A stretch of 63,700 bases of DNA, filler included, from Folioceros fuciformis (GCA_049999805.1; 13 parts of 13 records of this genome joined end to end with filler, not necessarily neighbours in it); one strand, 5' to 3'. Numbered from the whole stretch's first letter, positions 10,480-23,182 are shown. A program made the numbers and translations. The notes: generated from the sequence alone by a model not told the origin.

Positions 10480-13400
10480 ATGGGTGACGAAGATACCACA
10501 CCCAAACTGTCCTATAACATAGGCAGTGACATGTTTAAGGAAAAGGACAGGTTCGGAGGGGAGAATTACGATATCTGGGTAATGAGGATGCAGGGTGCTC
10601 TTCAGAACAGAGGACTCTGGGATGTAACAACCGGAGATGATAAGTTAGATACAGATGATGCAGCAACTGTCAAGGCATGGACAGTCAGAAATGACGCAGC
10701 CATGTACATGATACGGTGTGGCCTAACCTCTGAAATGTTGAGGCACACTTCAGGAGCAGTATCTGCATCAGATATCTGGTCTAGACTTCGTGAGCTTTAC
10801 TCTGGTGGAAATTCAACCAGTCAGATGGCAGCCCTCAAAAACCTTCAACTCTGCAAGATGCGAGATGGTGACTCAGTAGAAAAGCACATTGCTACTTTCA
10901 GACATCTTGTTTCTAAGTTGGAAGGAACAACACAGGAAGCCATCAAGGAAGATATGTTAGCACTTTATTTAATGCTTTCTTTACCTGCCTCCTGGTCGAA
11001 TTTTGTGACTTCTTATAACACCTCACAGGCACAAGCTCAGAAACTGGCATCTGCAGCCAGGATCAAGCTACCTCCCATGACCTTTTCTGAGTTAGTGGGA
11101 GCACTTCTTCAAGAAGAAGCCACGAGAGGTGGACCTAAGCATGGGAAACAGCAAGCACTCTACACCTCAAACAAGGGCAGAGGAAACAAACCATACCCTA
11201 GAGGCAAAAATACTACACCTATTGCAGGGAGCTCACAGGGAGCTTCCTCACAGAAGAAACCCAAGAAGACCGGGAAATGCAACTGGTGCAAAATTCCCGG
11301 CCATTGGGAAAACGAGTGTCGTAAGAAGCAGGCTGGCATACCTCGCAAGGAGGGCAATGCGAATGCTGAAACACACGTTGTAGTAAAGAAGCAATCCTCT
11401 CCTTCCGCCCTGACAGTAGGCGTAAGGGAGTTTTCTCAACCTCTAGTCTTTCCCACATGCTTATCTGCCATAGCAGAGTCTAGACCATTTCAAGAGTGGT
11501 ACTTAGACACAGGTGCAACAGCGCACATTTGCTTTGATAGAAGTGCCTTCTCCACCTACAGACAAGTAAAGGATCAGTTTGTCTATTTAGGTGATGACAG
11601 GGCATTGGTATCTCCAGGAAAGGGCACAGTGTTCCTTCCTGTCCCTTCAGGGCTAAAACTGTCCCTTACCAATGTTTACTATGTGCCTGGAATGACTAGG
11701 AACCTCATTTCTGTCAGGCAACTGAACATAGACAACAACAGTCACATTCTGTTTACCCCCACAGAGTGCCAGATCCTTGATGCATTTGATCATCGCAAGG
11801 TTTTAGCTTATGGATCTTCTGACCATGATCTATTCCGACTTCACTTGCACAGTATCCCTGTGCAGTCCCACTTGACGTCACAAGGTGACCTCTCACCTTC
11901 ACATCAAACAGACAAAGCCATATTATGGCACAATAGGTTAGGTCATCCACATGGTGCTAAGCTGCAAAAACTGGCTACCAGTGACCTATACTATGATGGA
12001 AAGATTGGCACTCTTCCTACCTTACCCCTGTGTGAAGCTTGTGTGTTATCTAAGCGTCACCAAGCAGCCTTCAAAAACAGGACCCCACACAGAGCCTCTG
12101 ATGTCCTCGAGCTAGTCCACACTGATATTTGTGGGCCACTGTCACAGCCTTCCATAGGTGGTGGCAAGTATTTCTTAACCTTCACTGATGACAAGACAAG
12201 GTTTGTCATGGCTTATATCTTGAAGGCCAAAAGTGAAGCCTTCTCTCAATTCAAAACTTATTTAAAATTTGTTGAGAGATGGACAGGACAACAGCTCAAG
12301 ACCCTCCGCTCCGATAACGGAGGAGAATTCACATCTAACGAATTTCAAACATATTGTGCAGAGGAGGGTATTGGGCGCCAACTCACCGTCGTGTATACAC
12401 CACAGCAAAATGGCGTTGCAGAGCGCCTGAATTTGACTTTGCAGGAGATGGTTTCCTCCTTGCTGCATCAGGCTACCTTACCATTGCCCTATTGGGCTGA
12501 GGCCCTAATGACAGCTGTGTATTTACGAAATAGATTACCTACCACTGCAGTTGTCGGTCAGACGCCATATGAGGCTTTCTTTGGCAGGAAACCGTCTATC
12601 CTTCATCTTTGAACCTTTGGTTGTATCGCTTATGCTTTCATCCCGAAGGAGAAGCGTAAGAAGCTATCTGCAAAAGCCAGAAAACTCCTTATGATAGGCT
12701 ACACTGAGGGCATAAAAGCTTATAAACTGTATGATGTCCCTCAGAACAAGGTGGTATATGCACGAAGCGTTACCTTTGACGAAGGACGTGTTTGGACGCC
12801 AGTGGGAACACCTCCCACTCCAGATGATAGTGATGATCTGTCTGTTCTCCCCAATATCACTTTCTTTGATGACTCAACACCTGAGGAGATTGCTCCTGCA
12901 GGGGGGGATGAGCATGATAATCAAGATAATCAAGTTAATCAAGTTGACCCAGCAGAGGACGATGCTTTTGCTGACCTTGATGAGCAGCAGCAGCAACCTC
13001 CCATTGCTGTTGAGCTACAACCAGAACCGGACATACTAGATCCAGATTATGATGACGTTGCAGACGATGCAGCCGTTGTTCTGGACAGTGATGATGATGC
13101 TGATGCAGTTGAACAGCTACCACATCCTGAACCCCCACCTGAACGTCGATACCCTGCAAGAGAAAGACATGCACCTGATTACTATCAATCACATGATTTC
13201 AGGTCAAGTTCAGCACGTGCTAATGCTATGAGTCTGGACCCTACAGAGCCTCGCACCTATGAAGAAGCTATGAGTAGGCCAGATGCTGCAGAGTGGAAAA
13301 AGGCCGTTCAGTCTGAGTATGACAGCCTCATCAAGAATGGCACTTGGGAACTCGCAAACTTACCTCCTGGACGCAAAATGGTGTCCTGTAAATGGGTATT

Positions 13401-13840
13401 TAAACTCAAGGTTAAAGCAGATGGTACCTTTGATAGGTACAAAGCCAGACTCGTTGCTCGTGGCTTCTCCCAAGTACCAGGTCTGGATTATCTGGAAACT
13501 TATGCTCCTGTGGTGAAGCTAGCCACGTTTCGTGTTCTCTGCGCAGTAGCAGCACACCATGACTATGAGTTGGAAATGTTTGACGTCAAAACAGCCTTCT
13601 TACATGGCAAGCTGGATACTGAAATCTATATGCAGCAACCAATGGGCTACGTAGTAAAGGGAAAAGAGGACCATGTTCTTCGCCTAATCAAGACCCTGTA
13701 TGGTTTAAAACAGTCAGCTCTTGAATGGAATGCAGTCTTAGATGAGGAACTGCGAGCTTTAGGCTTCATCAAATGTGTTTCAGACAGTAGCCTGTATGTC
13801 TATAGGGCTGGAGACACTGTATGTTACCTTGCTGTGTATG
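10480..13840 (+). CDS. copia Gag-Pol, second copy (TGA at 12610-12612; truncated in RT by the scaffold end)
   Basis: Translation identical to 3555-6915. Confidence 0.95.
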
Positions 13841-13940
13841 NNNNNNNNNNNNNNNNNNNNNNNNNNNNNNNNNNNNNNNNNNNNTTAATTAATTAANNNN
13901 NNNNNNNNNNNNNNNNNNNNNNNNNNNNNNNNNNNNNNNN
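13841..13940. other. Artificial scaffold-joining spacer N44-TTAATTAATTAA-N44 (also ~15769, 18096, 22540, 27857, 29447, 36349, 40349, 46409, 49236, 53371, 59872)
   Basis: Identical 100-nt cassette with stops in all six frames recurring 12 times; flanking sequences are unrelated. Confidence 0.98.
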
Positions 13941-14884
13941 TCCTGCATGCAATGCAGAATTGTGTACCGGGAAATCTGCCAGTTTCTCGTTGCAGAATCC
14001 ACCAGAATGGCTGCATTTTTGTGGCAGATGGAGAGCAAAAGAGGGGCACCGCTGGTTGTGGTCACTGGTTGATAAGTCTCTACAACATCGAAGCAGATCT
14101 GTGTCGCTAGAATTGGACCATGGTTGACCAGCACTCCTTGCTGAAAATTGAGAATTCGATGTTAAATTTGGGGNNNNNNNNNNNNNNNNNNNNNNNNNNN
14201 NNNNNNNNNNNNNNNNNNNNNNNNNNNNNNNNNNNNNNNNNNNNNNNNNNNNNNNNNNNNNNNNNNNNNNNNNCTTGGGCGCCGATGATAATCCAAAACC
14301 TCGAGCAGAATTGCGATTTGCCGAACGTGAACGGGTTGCCTGATCGTGCTTCCTCCTTGCCTCAGCATGGTTGCATCGTTGTTTGCGACCCATAGTTCTT
14401 GTGCTTGAAGATTAAAAGGCTAAAAGCAAAAGCAAAAGTAGGCAGATTGCTTAGAAGAATGTAGGAAAAAATGATGCTATTCTTAAGCAAAATTAACCTA
14501 TAAAAGGCCCAATGACTAGGCCTTATAGAATCACAAGAACTAGAAGGGTGGCTAGATTCCATAACCAATCAATATAGAAAAATTGGTTTGGTTTGATGGA
14601 AATTGAACTAATGAAAATAATCAATAAAGTAGCTATGATAATTACTTTACTTAGAAAGTTCTAAGCTAATTATTTTCACTTAGCAATGGTATGATGGGCA
14701 ACATGAGTTTCTACATGTCTGTAAAACTAGTGGATGCTGCGTATGATACAGATGATAGTTTGCTATCGGAAATGCATATCAAAATGCATTTTCATCAACT
14801 AAAATTGGGTATGAGGTTGCTAGCTTATCTTCCTAAGTTGATTAGGGAAGAAAATTAGCAACAAAGTCATTGAAATATCACATG

Positions 14885-15121
14885 GCTCTGATACCAAGTT
14901 AGAGATGCATATGCGGAAGCGTCTTGCATCAATCAAATGCTTTATTAACAAAACAATATGTTTGGCTCATAGGTGGGCTTATAAAGGATGGTTACGAAGG
15001 GGTGCGCCTTTCACTAGGCTGCTAGTTAACTAACTACCAACTAACTGAGTCTAGTTTGACTAATCCACATTGGGTCTGGTCTAGTCGACCTTAACCAACG
15101 CAGTTTGCACTATTTCTAACT
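14885..15121 (-). mobile_element. 5' LTR (~225 nt) and tRNA-Met PBS of a minus-strand LTR element
   Basis: GCTCTGATACCA (14885-14896) is the reverse complement of the PBS. The adjacent segment is bounded by inverted AGTTAG...CTAACT. Confidence 0.7.
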
Positions 15122-15868
15122 TTGGGTAGTGGATGCCTGTGCAGGATCCGAATCATTCCTTTAGGCTACAATTCAGAGAGGAAGGCATGTAGTCGCGATG
15201 GACGTCGATATACGATGCATGACTTACATGATGCAAAGAGTGAATGGCCTTGGATCTTTTCCATACACTGATGAAGAGATCAGCACAGACACCTTCTCTC
15301 ATAGGCCCACAAAGTTGAAGTTATTACGCACTCAGACGACCGACCAGCTGAAGACCTGTATGCGCTGACCATTTGGGATGAGAATGGCACACTTCCACCT
15401 CAAACAGTGGACGATCCACATTTCTCGGTACTGGAGGTGGAAGGAGACGACTTCGGCAACACAGAGGGCCAACATCTTAGAGATGTAGAGATAGTTGTCG
15501 ATTCTGAGGCCATCCTGGACGTCCATGACTTGATCTAAAGAAGTAGATTGAAAGTGCTTGCAGTTTGTGGTACAATATGCCTTTATTTAAATTTGACTGG
15601 TAAAGGTTTTTTATTCATAGCATGCACATAGCCAGATTGATTTAGTGAAACACACTGTTCAGTGCGCCGGTAGACCGGCGCACTCGAAGGACGATTTGGA
15701 TTTTTGTCGAAAAGTTTTCAATCTTCTACTTCATGTTTCAGTACGCATGTGGTGTTTTAGTTATTTATNNNNNNNNNNNNNNNNNNNNNNNNNNNNNNNN
15801 NNNNNNNNNNNNTTAATTAATTAANNNNNNNNNNNNNNNNNNNNNNNNNNNNNNNNNNNNNNNNNNNN

Positions 15869-16129
15869 AATAAGACTTGGACCCTAATTAGTCTACCTAA
15901 GGATAGAAAATTAGTGGACTCTAAGTGGACTTTTAAAATTAAGTTAAATGGTGATGGTAGCATAGAAAGATATAAAGCTAGACTAGTGGCAAAGCGATAT
16001 TCTCAAAAGTACGGATTTGATTATGATGAAACTAGTCATATACTTAAGATAACCTCACTTAGGATTCTTGTAGCTTTAGCATCTCACCATGACTATGAAT
16101 TAATGCAACTTGACATCAAGACAGCATTT
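15869..16129 (+). pseudogene. copia RT fragment interrupted by an LTR insertion
   Basis: KWTFKIK, RYKARLVAK and DIKTAF, then an abrupt switch to TGTTAG. Confidence 0.88.
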
Positions 16130-16392
16130 TGTTAGAAATCAAGCTCTAACTGAATTGTTATTAAGAGCATACAACACTTACGATAGTGTAGATTATCCCA
16201 TATTGAACTCGTAGTTATCTACCACCTAAGTGATACCAGGTTATACCAGGATATTGCACCCTCGAGACTAAGGCTTGCCTTGTCAAGGGTTGCCCCACCT
16301 AAAGGCTATATATGTAGCATCCTGTGCACCATAAGGAATGTACTGTGGAGTCCATCTTAGCTTGTGGTGCTTTTTCAACATGGTATCAGAGC
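16130..16392 (+). mobile_element. 5' LTR (TGTTAG...TCAACA, 251 nt) and PBS
   Basis: Canonical termini; TGGTATCAGAGC at 16381-16392. Shares GATAGTGTAGATTATCCCATATTGAAC with the LTR-like repeats at ~35160-35190 (-) and ~49380. Confidence 0.88.
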
Positions 16393-16679
16393 TAGAGAGA
16401 GCGTTGGCGGCCATGGTGGCTATGGCGGGGGTTTGAGGCTATGACTGTGAGCGTGAAGGTGGCTGGCAATGCAAGCCATTAAGAGGCGCAGGAGGTGCAG
16501 CAGCGTAGGTGGCATAGGAAGCCGCAACAGGTGCCACAGACACAAGAGCGTGTGAGAGGCGCAAGAGGGAGAGAGACTCAGGAGGAGCAGTAACTACTGG
16601 AGGCAATCAGGCCGTGGAAGCCACAACAGGCCCAGGATTTGCGAGGAGGAAGGGCTAGTGTGTGCTTGATGTAAACTAG

Positions 16680-17290
16680 CAGCAAAGACACAATTTTTTT
16701 ACCCATACATGGTACGTGAAGGACATTATGCAATAGAAGTTGACTTGAATTACATCTGAGAACTGCATGCCCTACCCTAGTTATGGAGAGGTCATGGTCA
16801 TCACTCAAGATGATAGACTTAGGTTAACCGTTGGTTGGGGAATAAGATTCAAAAACATTTTTTGTTGTAGCATATGTGTGAAGTAGTTCGACTATCAAGG
16901 TACCAGCGAGGGTCAAAAGGCTTGGATAAAGCCAAACATATAGTGAGAGCTGATGGTGTTGCCATAGATTGTCTCTTGATAGCAACATGTGCTCAAGGTG
17001 GCGCCTCTTTCCTAGGCTTATCATTTTTCTTCTTTCTTTAGTCCTTCTCCATGTGGTTTGGGATTTTGCAGCAATTACATATGATACCACTCTTCTTATT
17101 ACCTTTTGTGCGTGTGGAAGACGATACGATATCTCTAATAATGGACACAACTAGATGCATTCTTGAAAANNNNNNNNNNGATGCATTCTTGAAAATGTGA
17201 GACAAGTTGTTTAGAGAAGAGAGAGGGCATCAACATGCCAACGCTATTTCTCTTCTCTAATATTATGAGGCATTGGAATTGTATGCTTAA
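16680..17290 (-). pseudogene. Decayed copia gag/protease remnant
   Basis: DDHDLSITRVG...LHNVLHVPCMGKKIVS resembles the copia protease C-terminal half; frameshifted. Confidence 0.65.
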
Positions 17291-17391
17291 ACATGCTCAC
17301 AATGATTTCTAAATACATGAGTCCAGTTATTCATGCGGCCATGCAAAAGCCATTGTGTCATAGTATTGAGCATCACTTCAAGTATAACATT

Positions 17392-17793
17392 GTGTGCAAT
17401 TGGGCCATACAAGGGCATCAAAATACTGAAATCTATATACAATTGGGCCGTACAAGGATGTTAACATACTCAACGCTATGCACAATTGGGCCATATTAGG
17501 GTGTCAACATACCGAACACCCTGTACAACTGGGCCATATTAGGGCATCAACATGTTGAACACTATGCACAATTGGGTGATATAAGGACCGCAGCATGACG
17601 AACACTATGCGCAATTGGGTGATACAAGGACCTCAGCAGCGTGCTGAACACTATGCGCAATTGGGTGATACAAGGACCTCAGCAGCGTGCGCAATTGGGT
17701 GATACAAGGACCTAAGCATGAGGAAAACTATATGCAATTGGGCCATTTTAGGGTGAAAACATGCTAAACACTATCTACAATTGGGTCATACAA
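17392..17793. repeat. Minisatellite, ~43-nt unit, ~10 diverged copies
   Basis: Recurring core CAATTGGG(C/T)(C/G)ATA..AGG...AACACTATG. Confidence 0.9.
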
Positions 17794-18195
17794 GAAAGGG
17801 AGCAAGTTGGCCAAAGAATTCAAAACAAAACTAAAACAATTCACATTTTTTGAGAAATGGTGCACATAAGTTCATGTCATCTCTCAATCAAAAAGAGAGA
17901 GGAATAAATTTTTTAATTTTCTTTATTTTAAATATTTTTAAAAAGTTTTTGTACCTTTAAGACTATTTTTTATCATTTTCAACTCATTTGGTACAAATAT
18001 GAACTCATCTTGGCTATTCCTTAGAAATTCATCTTTATTAGTCCTCACCTTTTTTCTGGTGATGTAAACCATAAATAATGTGATGTAAACCATAANNNNN
18101 NNNNNNNNNNNNNNNNNNNNNNNNNNNNNNNNNNNNNNNTTAATTAATTAANNNNNNNNNNNNNNNNNNNNNNNNNNNNNNNNNNNNNNNNNNNN

Positions 18196-18690
18196 CTGAA
18201 ATCCCTGTTGTGCTATTCAGGTAACATACTGGGTCCATGCATCTCGATGCTGCTCAACACCATCAATCTCTGACCCAGTGGGCCATCCCCGAACAGCGGA
18301 GACCAGGACAGTGTTGTCCCTTTGCTGGGAACGAGGCACCTCAGCCTCAAGCTCGCCAAAGAACTGAATCTGACGGCTTCCGACTACGCCGTCTGGTTTG
18401 TGGACAAGCAGGTGAGGATGGCAATGGCCGACGCAGATTGAATGTCTCTTCCAATCGGCAGTGCGGACAGCATGCCCCCGACCAGATGAAATGACATCTG
18501 ACAGCGCTGATGGAAAATCGGGACGCAGGTGGCTGGATGGAGACAGATTTTCGGAACCAAAAACAACCTGACATTTGCAACCGTGAGGGGAGCAGCTCAC
18601 ATGGTCCCGCTCACCCAACCGGCCCGAGCACTGCAGTTGTTTGTCTCTTTCCTTGCTCACGAGCCTTTGCCGACCACTCCTCCGTTTTAG
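18196..18690 (+). CDS. Serine carboxypeptidase-like (peptidase S10) gene, last three exons (<18196-18220, 18297-18411, 18529-18690)
   Basis: Splicing GT-AG introns 18221-18296 (76 nt) and 18412-18528 (117 nt) gives IPVVLFSGDQDSVVPLLGT...WFVDKQVAGW...LTFATVRGAAHMVPLTQPARAL, with catalytic Asp and His motifs. Not visible in the ORF track. Confidence 0.93.
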
Positions 18691-20320
18691 CCTTCAATCC
18701 CAACAGCGAAACGAAACTCTCAAGAAATGGTTGACGACCGCTTACAGAACCTGCAGATACGTTTAGGCTGGGACGTTCCATCAACCACGGATTTCAACTT
18801 GAGTGTTTGTGCGGCGCCCAAATCGCTCGCTGTAGGAATTTCTCAAATTCATAAGTTCTCTCATCGACCAAAAGATTGAACCAAACTTGGGTTGAGTGTC
18901 TATTTCATTTGCCACTCTAAAGTATGTGTGCCTCTTTGGAGGGGAGTTGTCTTCTAGTTGCTTTGATTTGTCTTGATCTCGGACTTCTTGTGAATGAAAG
19001 AGAAAACCTGGCATAGCACTTGTGGCCAGATGTTTGAGCGTATGGATTGGAAGGAATTTTGAGGAATGTGGTTGAAATGAGGTGACGTATGAATAACTAG
19101 ACTTGGTAAAATTGAAGCTAAGAGCAGCACAGTACAAGGAACTTTGCAATATAGTAAGGCTAAAAGTTAGAACAGGATATAAATTCTTGGTAAGAGGTAG
19201 GGAAGGCCATTCTAGCACCCTATGTTCTACTCTCTAGTTGTAACTCTCTAGTTGTAAGACATAGGGTTTGAGGTAGGGTGGCATACCACCACCCTATCTC
19301 GAACTGTATTATACTTCAAAAGTGCACTTCAAGTAAAGTATCATGGATTTGGACTTAAACCTTTTCTTCCCACCCTACCTCAAACCCTAATGTCACCAAA
19401 AGTCTATTGTGCTACCTCAAATCATATTATTACCAAAAGACTGTTACCTTACCTCAAATTCTATTATCATCAAAAGCCTCTTCTAAGTAAAGTATGAAGG
19501 GATTCCTTTGTTAAGGTAAGAACTTAACTCATCAATCAATTTTATTTATGTGTAATAGAAAAAAACGTTCACTACCCTATCTCAAACTCTATTATCATCA
19601 AAAGGTTACTTCTAAGTAAAGTAAGGTAGGATTTAAACTCAAAACTGTTTTTAGCTCAGTTAGGAACTTAGCCAATGAATCAATTTTATTTATGTCCAAT
19701 AGAAAAACCATCATGGGATAAAAATTGTACTAAATGGAAGGAAGTAGCTCTTTGTTATAGACATATAAGTAGAGAGACTAAAACTATGTAATTTGCTTTA
19801 AAGACAAGACCAAAGGAGGAGATTGTAAAAACTTATAAAGGGTCTAGTTGACATCGTCGATAATTAAGAAGTTCAAAGAGGCATATGCCGGTAAGCTTAG
19901 GAATATGAAAGGAGAACAAAATGATGTAGAGAGAAACATCAACACACTCAACTAAACTCACTATATATTGTATCGTAGGAACATTATCAACTTATAAAAA
20001 CTTTTAAGAAGCAATTGTCTTTGAAGAAAGTAGGCTTATATAAAATCATGATCGAGAGGAACATGGGCATGTTAGCTTTCCATGGAAAGAGTCTTCCTTA
20101 GGGGGAAGAATGCTAGTTTGGAAAGCCACCATTCAATTAACCCTAAATGCCTCTAAAGTTGTCATTCATTCAATAGAACTTTTGGTCCAACTCTAAATTC
20201 TAGACTTGTAGAAGCTTGCTAGCTCTAAATTCTACACTTGTGCAAGCTTTGCTAGTACCCATCGATTTGGGCATTGTTCAACCAGAAATAACACCTACAC
20301 CTTATGAACTTGAAACAAAG

Positions 20321-20408
20321 GTTATCAACCTTATGAACTTGAAACNNNNNNNNNNTATGAACTTGAAACAAAGGTTATCAACCTTATGAACTTGAAACAA
20401 AGATTATC
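20321..20408. repeat. 29-nt tandem repeat spanning a gap
   Basis: CCTTATGAACTTGAAACAAAGGTTATCAA repeated. Confidence 0.75.
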
Positions 20409-21229
20409 ACATGTCCGTTTGTTAACAAAGCTAAAAAGATGGATGGCCAAGATCTAGAGGGTGCATGCACCTACTTGCAGCACTGAGATGGAGGTAGGGT
20501 TTCAAGTAATTTTTCCTTGCATTTCATCCCTATTTGGAAGTGTCCTAATGTGCAAACATCGCAATGAGTTGATTCCCTTATCTTATATCCCCTTCTTCAC
20601 ACATGTGCAAAACTGCCATCTTTTGCATGTACCTTTAAGCAAGTAAGGGAGCAGGATATGGTAATTGAACCTAGGCATCCTCGTGATCGAGGAGGATAGG
20701 TCACCTTTACCCATATTACTTCATGGCGACAAACAACTATGATATTGTGAAAGTCGCTCTAATTTTATTATCATTTTTCCAATTACATTCCTTAAACACA
20801 TTGCATTTGACACCCATTGGGAGGCCTCTTCCATGAACATTTATCCATGAGGTCCCTTTGTGCATATTAAGCCCTTTAAAAACTCATGGTGTGAACATGA
20901 TAATTTGCAAAGGGTTTAATATACCAACTCCTTAGAAGACAACAAGACCTATTTCTCCTTAAATTGCACCTATCAGAAACTATATTTTAGAGCATAACTT
21001 TTGGTTACCTAGCCTTATTTTTTGATACCCTTGAGGCCAAACACAATAAACATAGGTAGTGGAGATAGAAGAAGGGAGGGGTTTTTGGTCAATCAGTGCT
21101 TGCTCTCATCCTCCATATTCATGGGTTCATGGGTTTAGGAAGTTCATTAGTGGAATCCCTCTTTTCGCAAATCTTAGTTTATTTAGCAGTGCACAAGGTA
21201 GCTTACAACATTAACATAGTCCCAAAATA

Positions 21230-21440
21230 AAGGTCTCCTTAGAAGAGAGAACATGAAGACTTTATTAAAAAAAAAAGAGATGGAAGTTCCATCCAAAACA
21301 AGGTCTCCTTAGAAGAGAGAACATGAAGACTTTATTAAAAAAAAGAGATGGAAGTTCCATCCAAAACAAGGTCAACAAGGTCTCCTTAAAAGAGAAAACA
21401 TGAAGATTTTATTAAAAAAAATATATGAAAGTTCCATCTA
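21230..21440. repeat. ~68-70-nt tandem repeat, 3 copies
   Basis: AAGGTCTCCTTAGAAGAGAGAACATGAAGACTTTATTAAAA...GATGGAAGTTCCATC. The downstream flank resembles 46975-47050. Confidence 0.85.
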
Positions 21441-22007
21441 CCACGTGACTAGAGGAACAACCGGCAATGGGGAAAAGCCAAGAAAGAGGGCCTAACCCCC
21501 TCGTCCCTAGAAGTAGAGAATGAGCTCACTTTTCAGAGATGGCCAAAAAAACCATCCGAAAAGTTATATTTCACGATGAAGAAAGCAATATCAATATCAC
21601 CTAACCCTCTCGTCAATATCTACCAAATATATTCAGCTATTTCATAGTTTCTCTTAGATGGATACTTATGCATTAGGTGACCATTGAAACCATCCCTATT
21701 TTTCTATATCACATATGAATGTCTCATTTTTTATTGTATATTCAGTTTTCAGTATTGTTTTTTCAAATTTAGTGATTATATTTGTATTTTCTATTTTTCT
21801 CACTAATTCATCAAAACATGCAAATTCACGATTTTTGAAGGATATGTATCAATGTTTTCCTTACAAGACAGGAGACTAGAAGTCATTTCTACTTTATAAG
21901 AGACCTTGTTCCAAATCCTCCTACTTGTCTACAAAACATGCTGGCTTGGTAAGTCTATTTGCGTAAAACACCTTCAATTTCTCACAATCTAGATATGCAC
22001 GACTAAT

Positions 22008-22117
22008 ATTGAAGAACCATGCAGCCTAAAGGAAACAATAAAAAGCCCATGGATGAAGAAATGGAAAGAAGCTATAGAGAATGAGTATATTTCTCTCATA
22101 AAGAACAAAGCATCATG
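22008..22117 (+). pseudogene. Short copia RT N-terminal relic
   Basis: IEEPCSLKETIKSP...KWKEAIENEYISLIKNK. Confidence 0.6.
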
Positions 22118-22639
22118 AACTATCACTCTCTATTTATTGGAACTCTTCAAAAAAAGAGCATAGGGTCGCGACACTGGGAAGAAAGATTCTACGATGAGAG
22201 TTAGGAGTCAATTCTTGGTAAATATTTAATTTTAATCTCAAAGAAACATCTGAAGTTTAGCAATTTGCTAGCTACGATTAAGTGAGGAAGACTTTTATGT
22301 CATTAAATGGGTTGAATAAGAGAGTTTGAAATCTTGGGAGTTTGTGCTTAGAACCTAAAAATTTATTCCAGAGATATACATAATAATGTCATGATCGGTG
22401 CAATGTTCACCCTTATCGAACTACAGCCATGCTTCAAGGCTATATATGTATGTATGGAGTACAATTCTGATGCATTGATCTCTTCTTCCCGGCATGATCA
22501 CTGCACATATCCACAGGTCACAGCTCAGGACGTACATCANNNNNNNNNNNNNNNNNNNNNNNNNNNNNNNNNNNNNNNNNNNNTTAATTAATTAANNNNN
22601 NNNNNNNNNNNNNNNNNNNNNNNNNNNNNNNNNNNNNNN

Positions 22640-22844
22640 AATCTGCTCTGAAGACGTGAGCCGTTGGTGTTTCCTTCCAATCAACCTTAGTGCTGGCTAC
22701 TGCACTTGCATCCCTCGCCAAAGAACGAGCAGGAGTCCGCTCGGCCAGTCCAAAGCTTTCGAAAGGGTCCCACAGCCGGTGGAAAGCTGACGGTTCCCAT
22801 ACATCGTCATTGCCCAGGCGTGAGAAGAAAGGAGCAAGCTCCAT
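22640..22844 (-). CDS. Class I cytosolic small heat-shock protein (HSP20/alpha-crystallin family), 3'-partial
   Basis: LWDPF motif and ASAVASTKVDWKETPTAHVFRAD, the start of the plant class I sHSP alpha-crystallin domain. Confidence 0.9.
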
Positions 22845-23124
22845 CTACAACGCACGCTTCACCGTAGATCGTCGAAACCCGGCACACCACTTCTGCTGCC
22901 ACAAGATGGAAATCGTCAGCCGCCACAAGATCGCCTCCTTCAGCTGCCACTGGCTGGCCTTCCTCAGCCGCCACTAGATCGCCTCCTTCAACTGCCACTG
23001 GATTGCCTTCCTCAGCTGCCACTAGATCGTCTTCTTCAGCTGCTACCGTATACCTGATTGCCTGTAAAGAACTGAGCGATGCCATGGTTTCGGCAATGCG
23101 CTCCTTAAGGACTCCGAGCACCAT

Positions 23125-23182
23125 ATTCGGGAACTTTCTAGCCGAGACCACTAGGATACTCTCGCCCTCCTTCTAGAAGTTG
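23125..23182 (-). promoter_or_regulatory. Candidate heat-shock elements upstream of the sHSP gene
   Basis: GGAACTTTCT (~23130) and CTTCTAGAAG (~23171) match nGAAnnTTCn / nTTCnnGAAn. Confidence 0.5.

Larger units (their letters stand above)
1..13840 (+). mobile_element. Ty1/copia LTR retrotransposon present as two apparently identical, circularly permuted copies (period 6925 nt, one LTR per unit)
   Basis: Domain order gag-PR-IN-RT-RNaseH. PBS and PPT flank one LTR per unit. All ORFs repeat at +6925 with identical translations. Both breaks fall inside the RT YVDD codons (TATG|N10|GGACGAC). Confidence 0.97.

Noticed and set aside
13885-13896. Recurrent TTAATTAATTAA as a biological motif
   Set aside because: Always centred in N runs; an artificial six-frame-stop linker.
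15180-15540. Possible CACTA transposase C-terminal relic
   Set aside because: Only faint similarity and several stops.
17392-17793. CRISPR-like array (also 38927-39157)
   Set aside because: Whole units are homologous with no unique spacers, there are no cas genes, and the context is eukaryotic.
18217-18734. ORF-track proteins in this region
   Set aside because: Shadow frames of the spliced serine carboxypeptidase-like gene.
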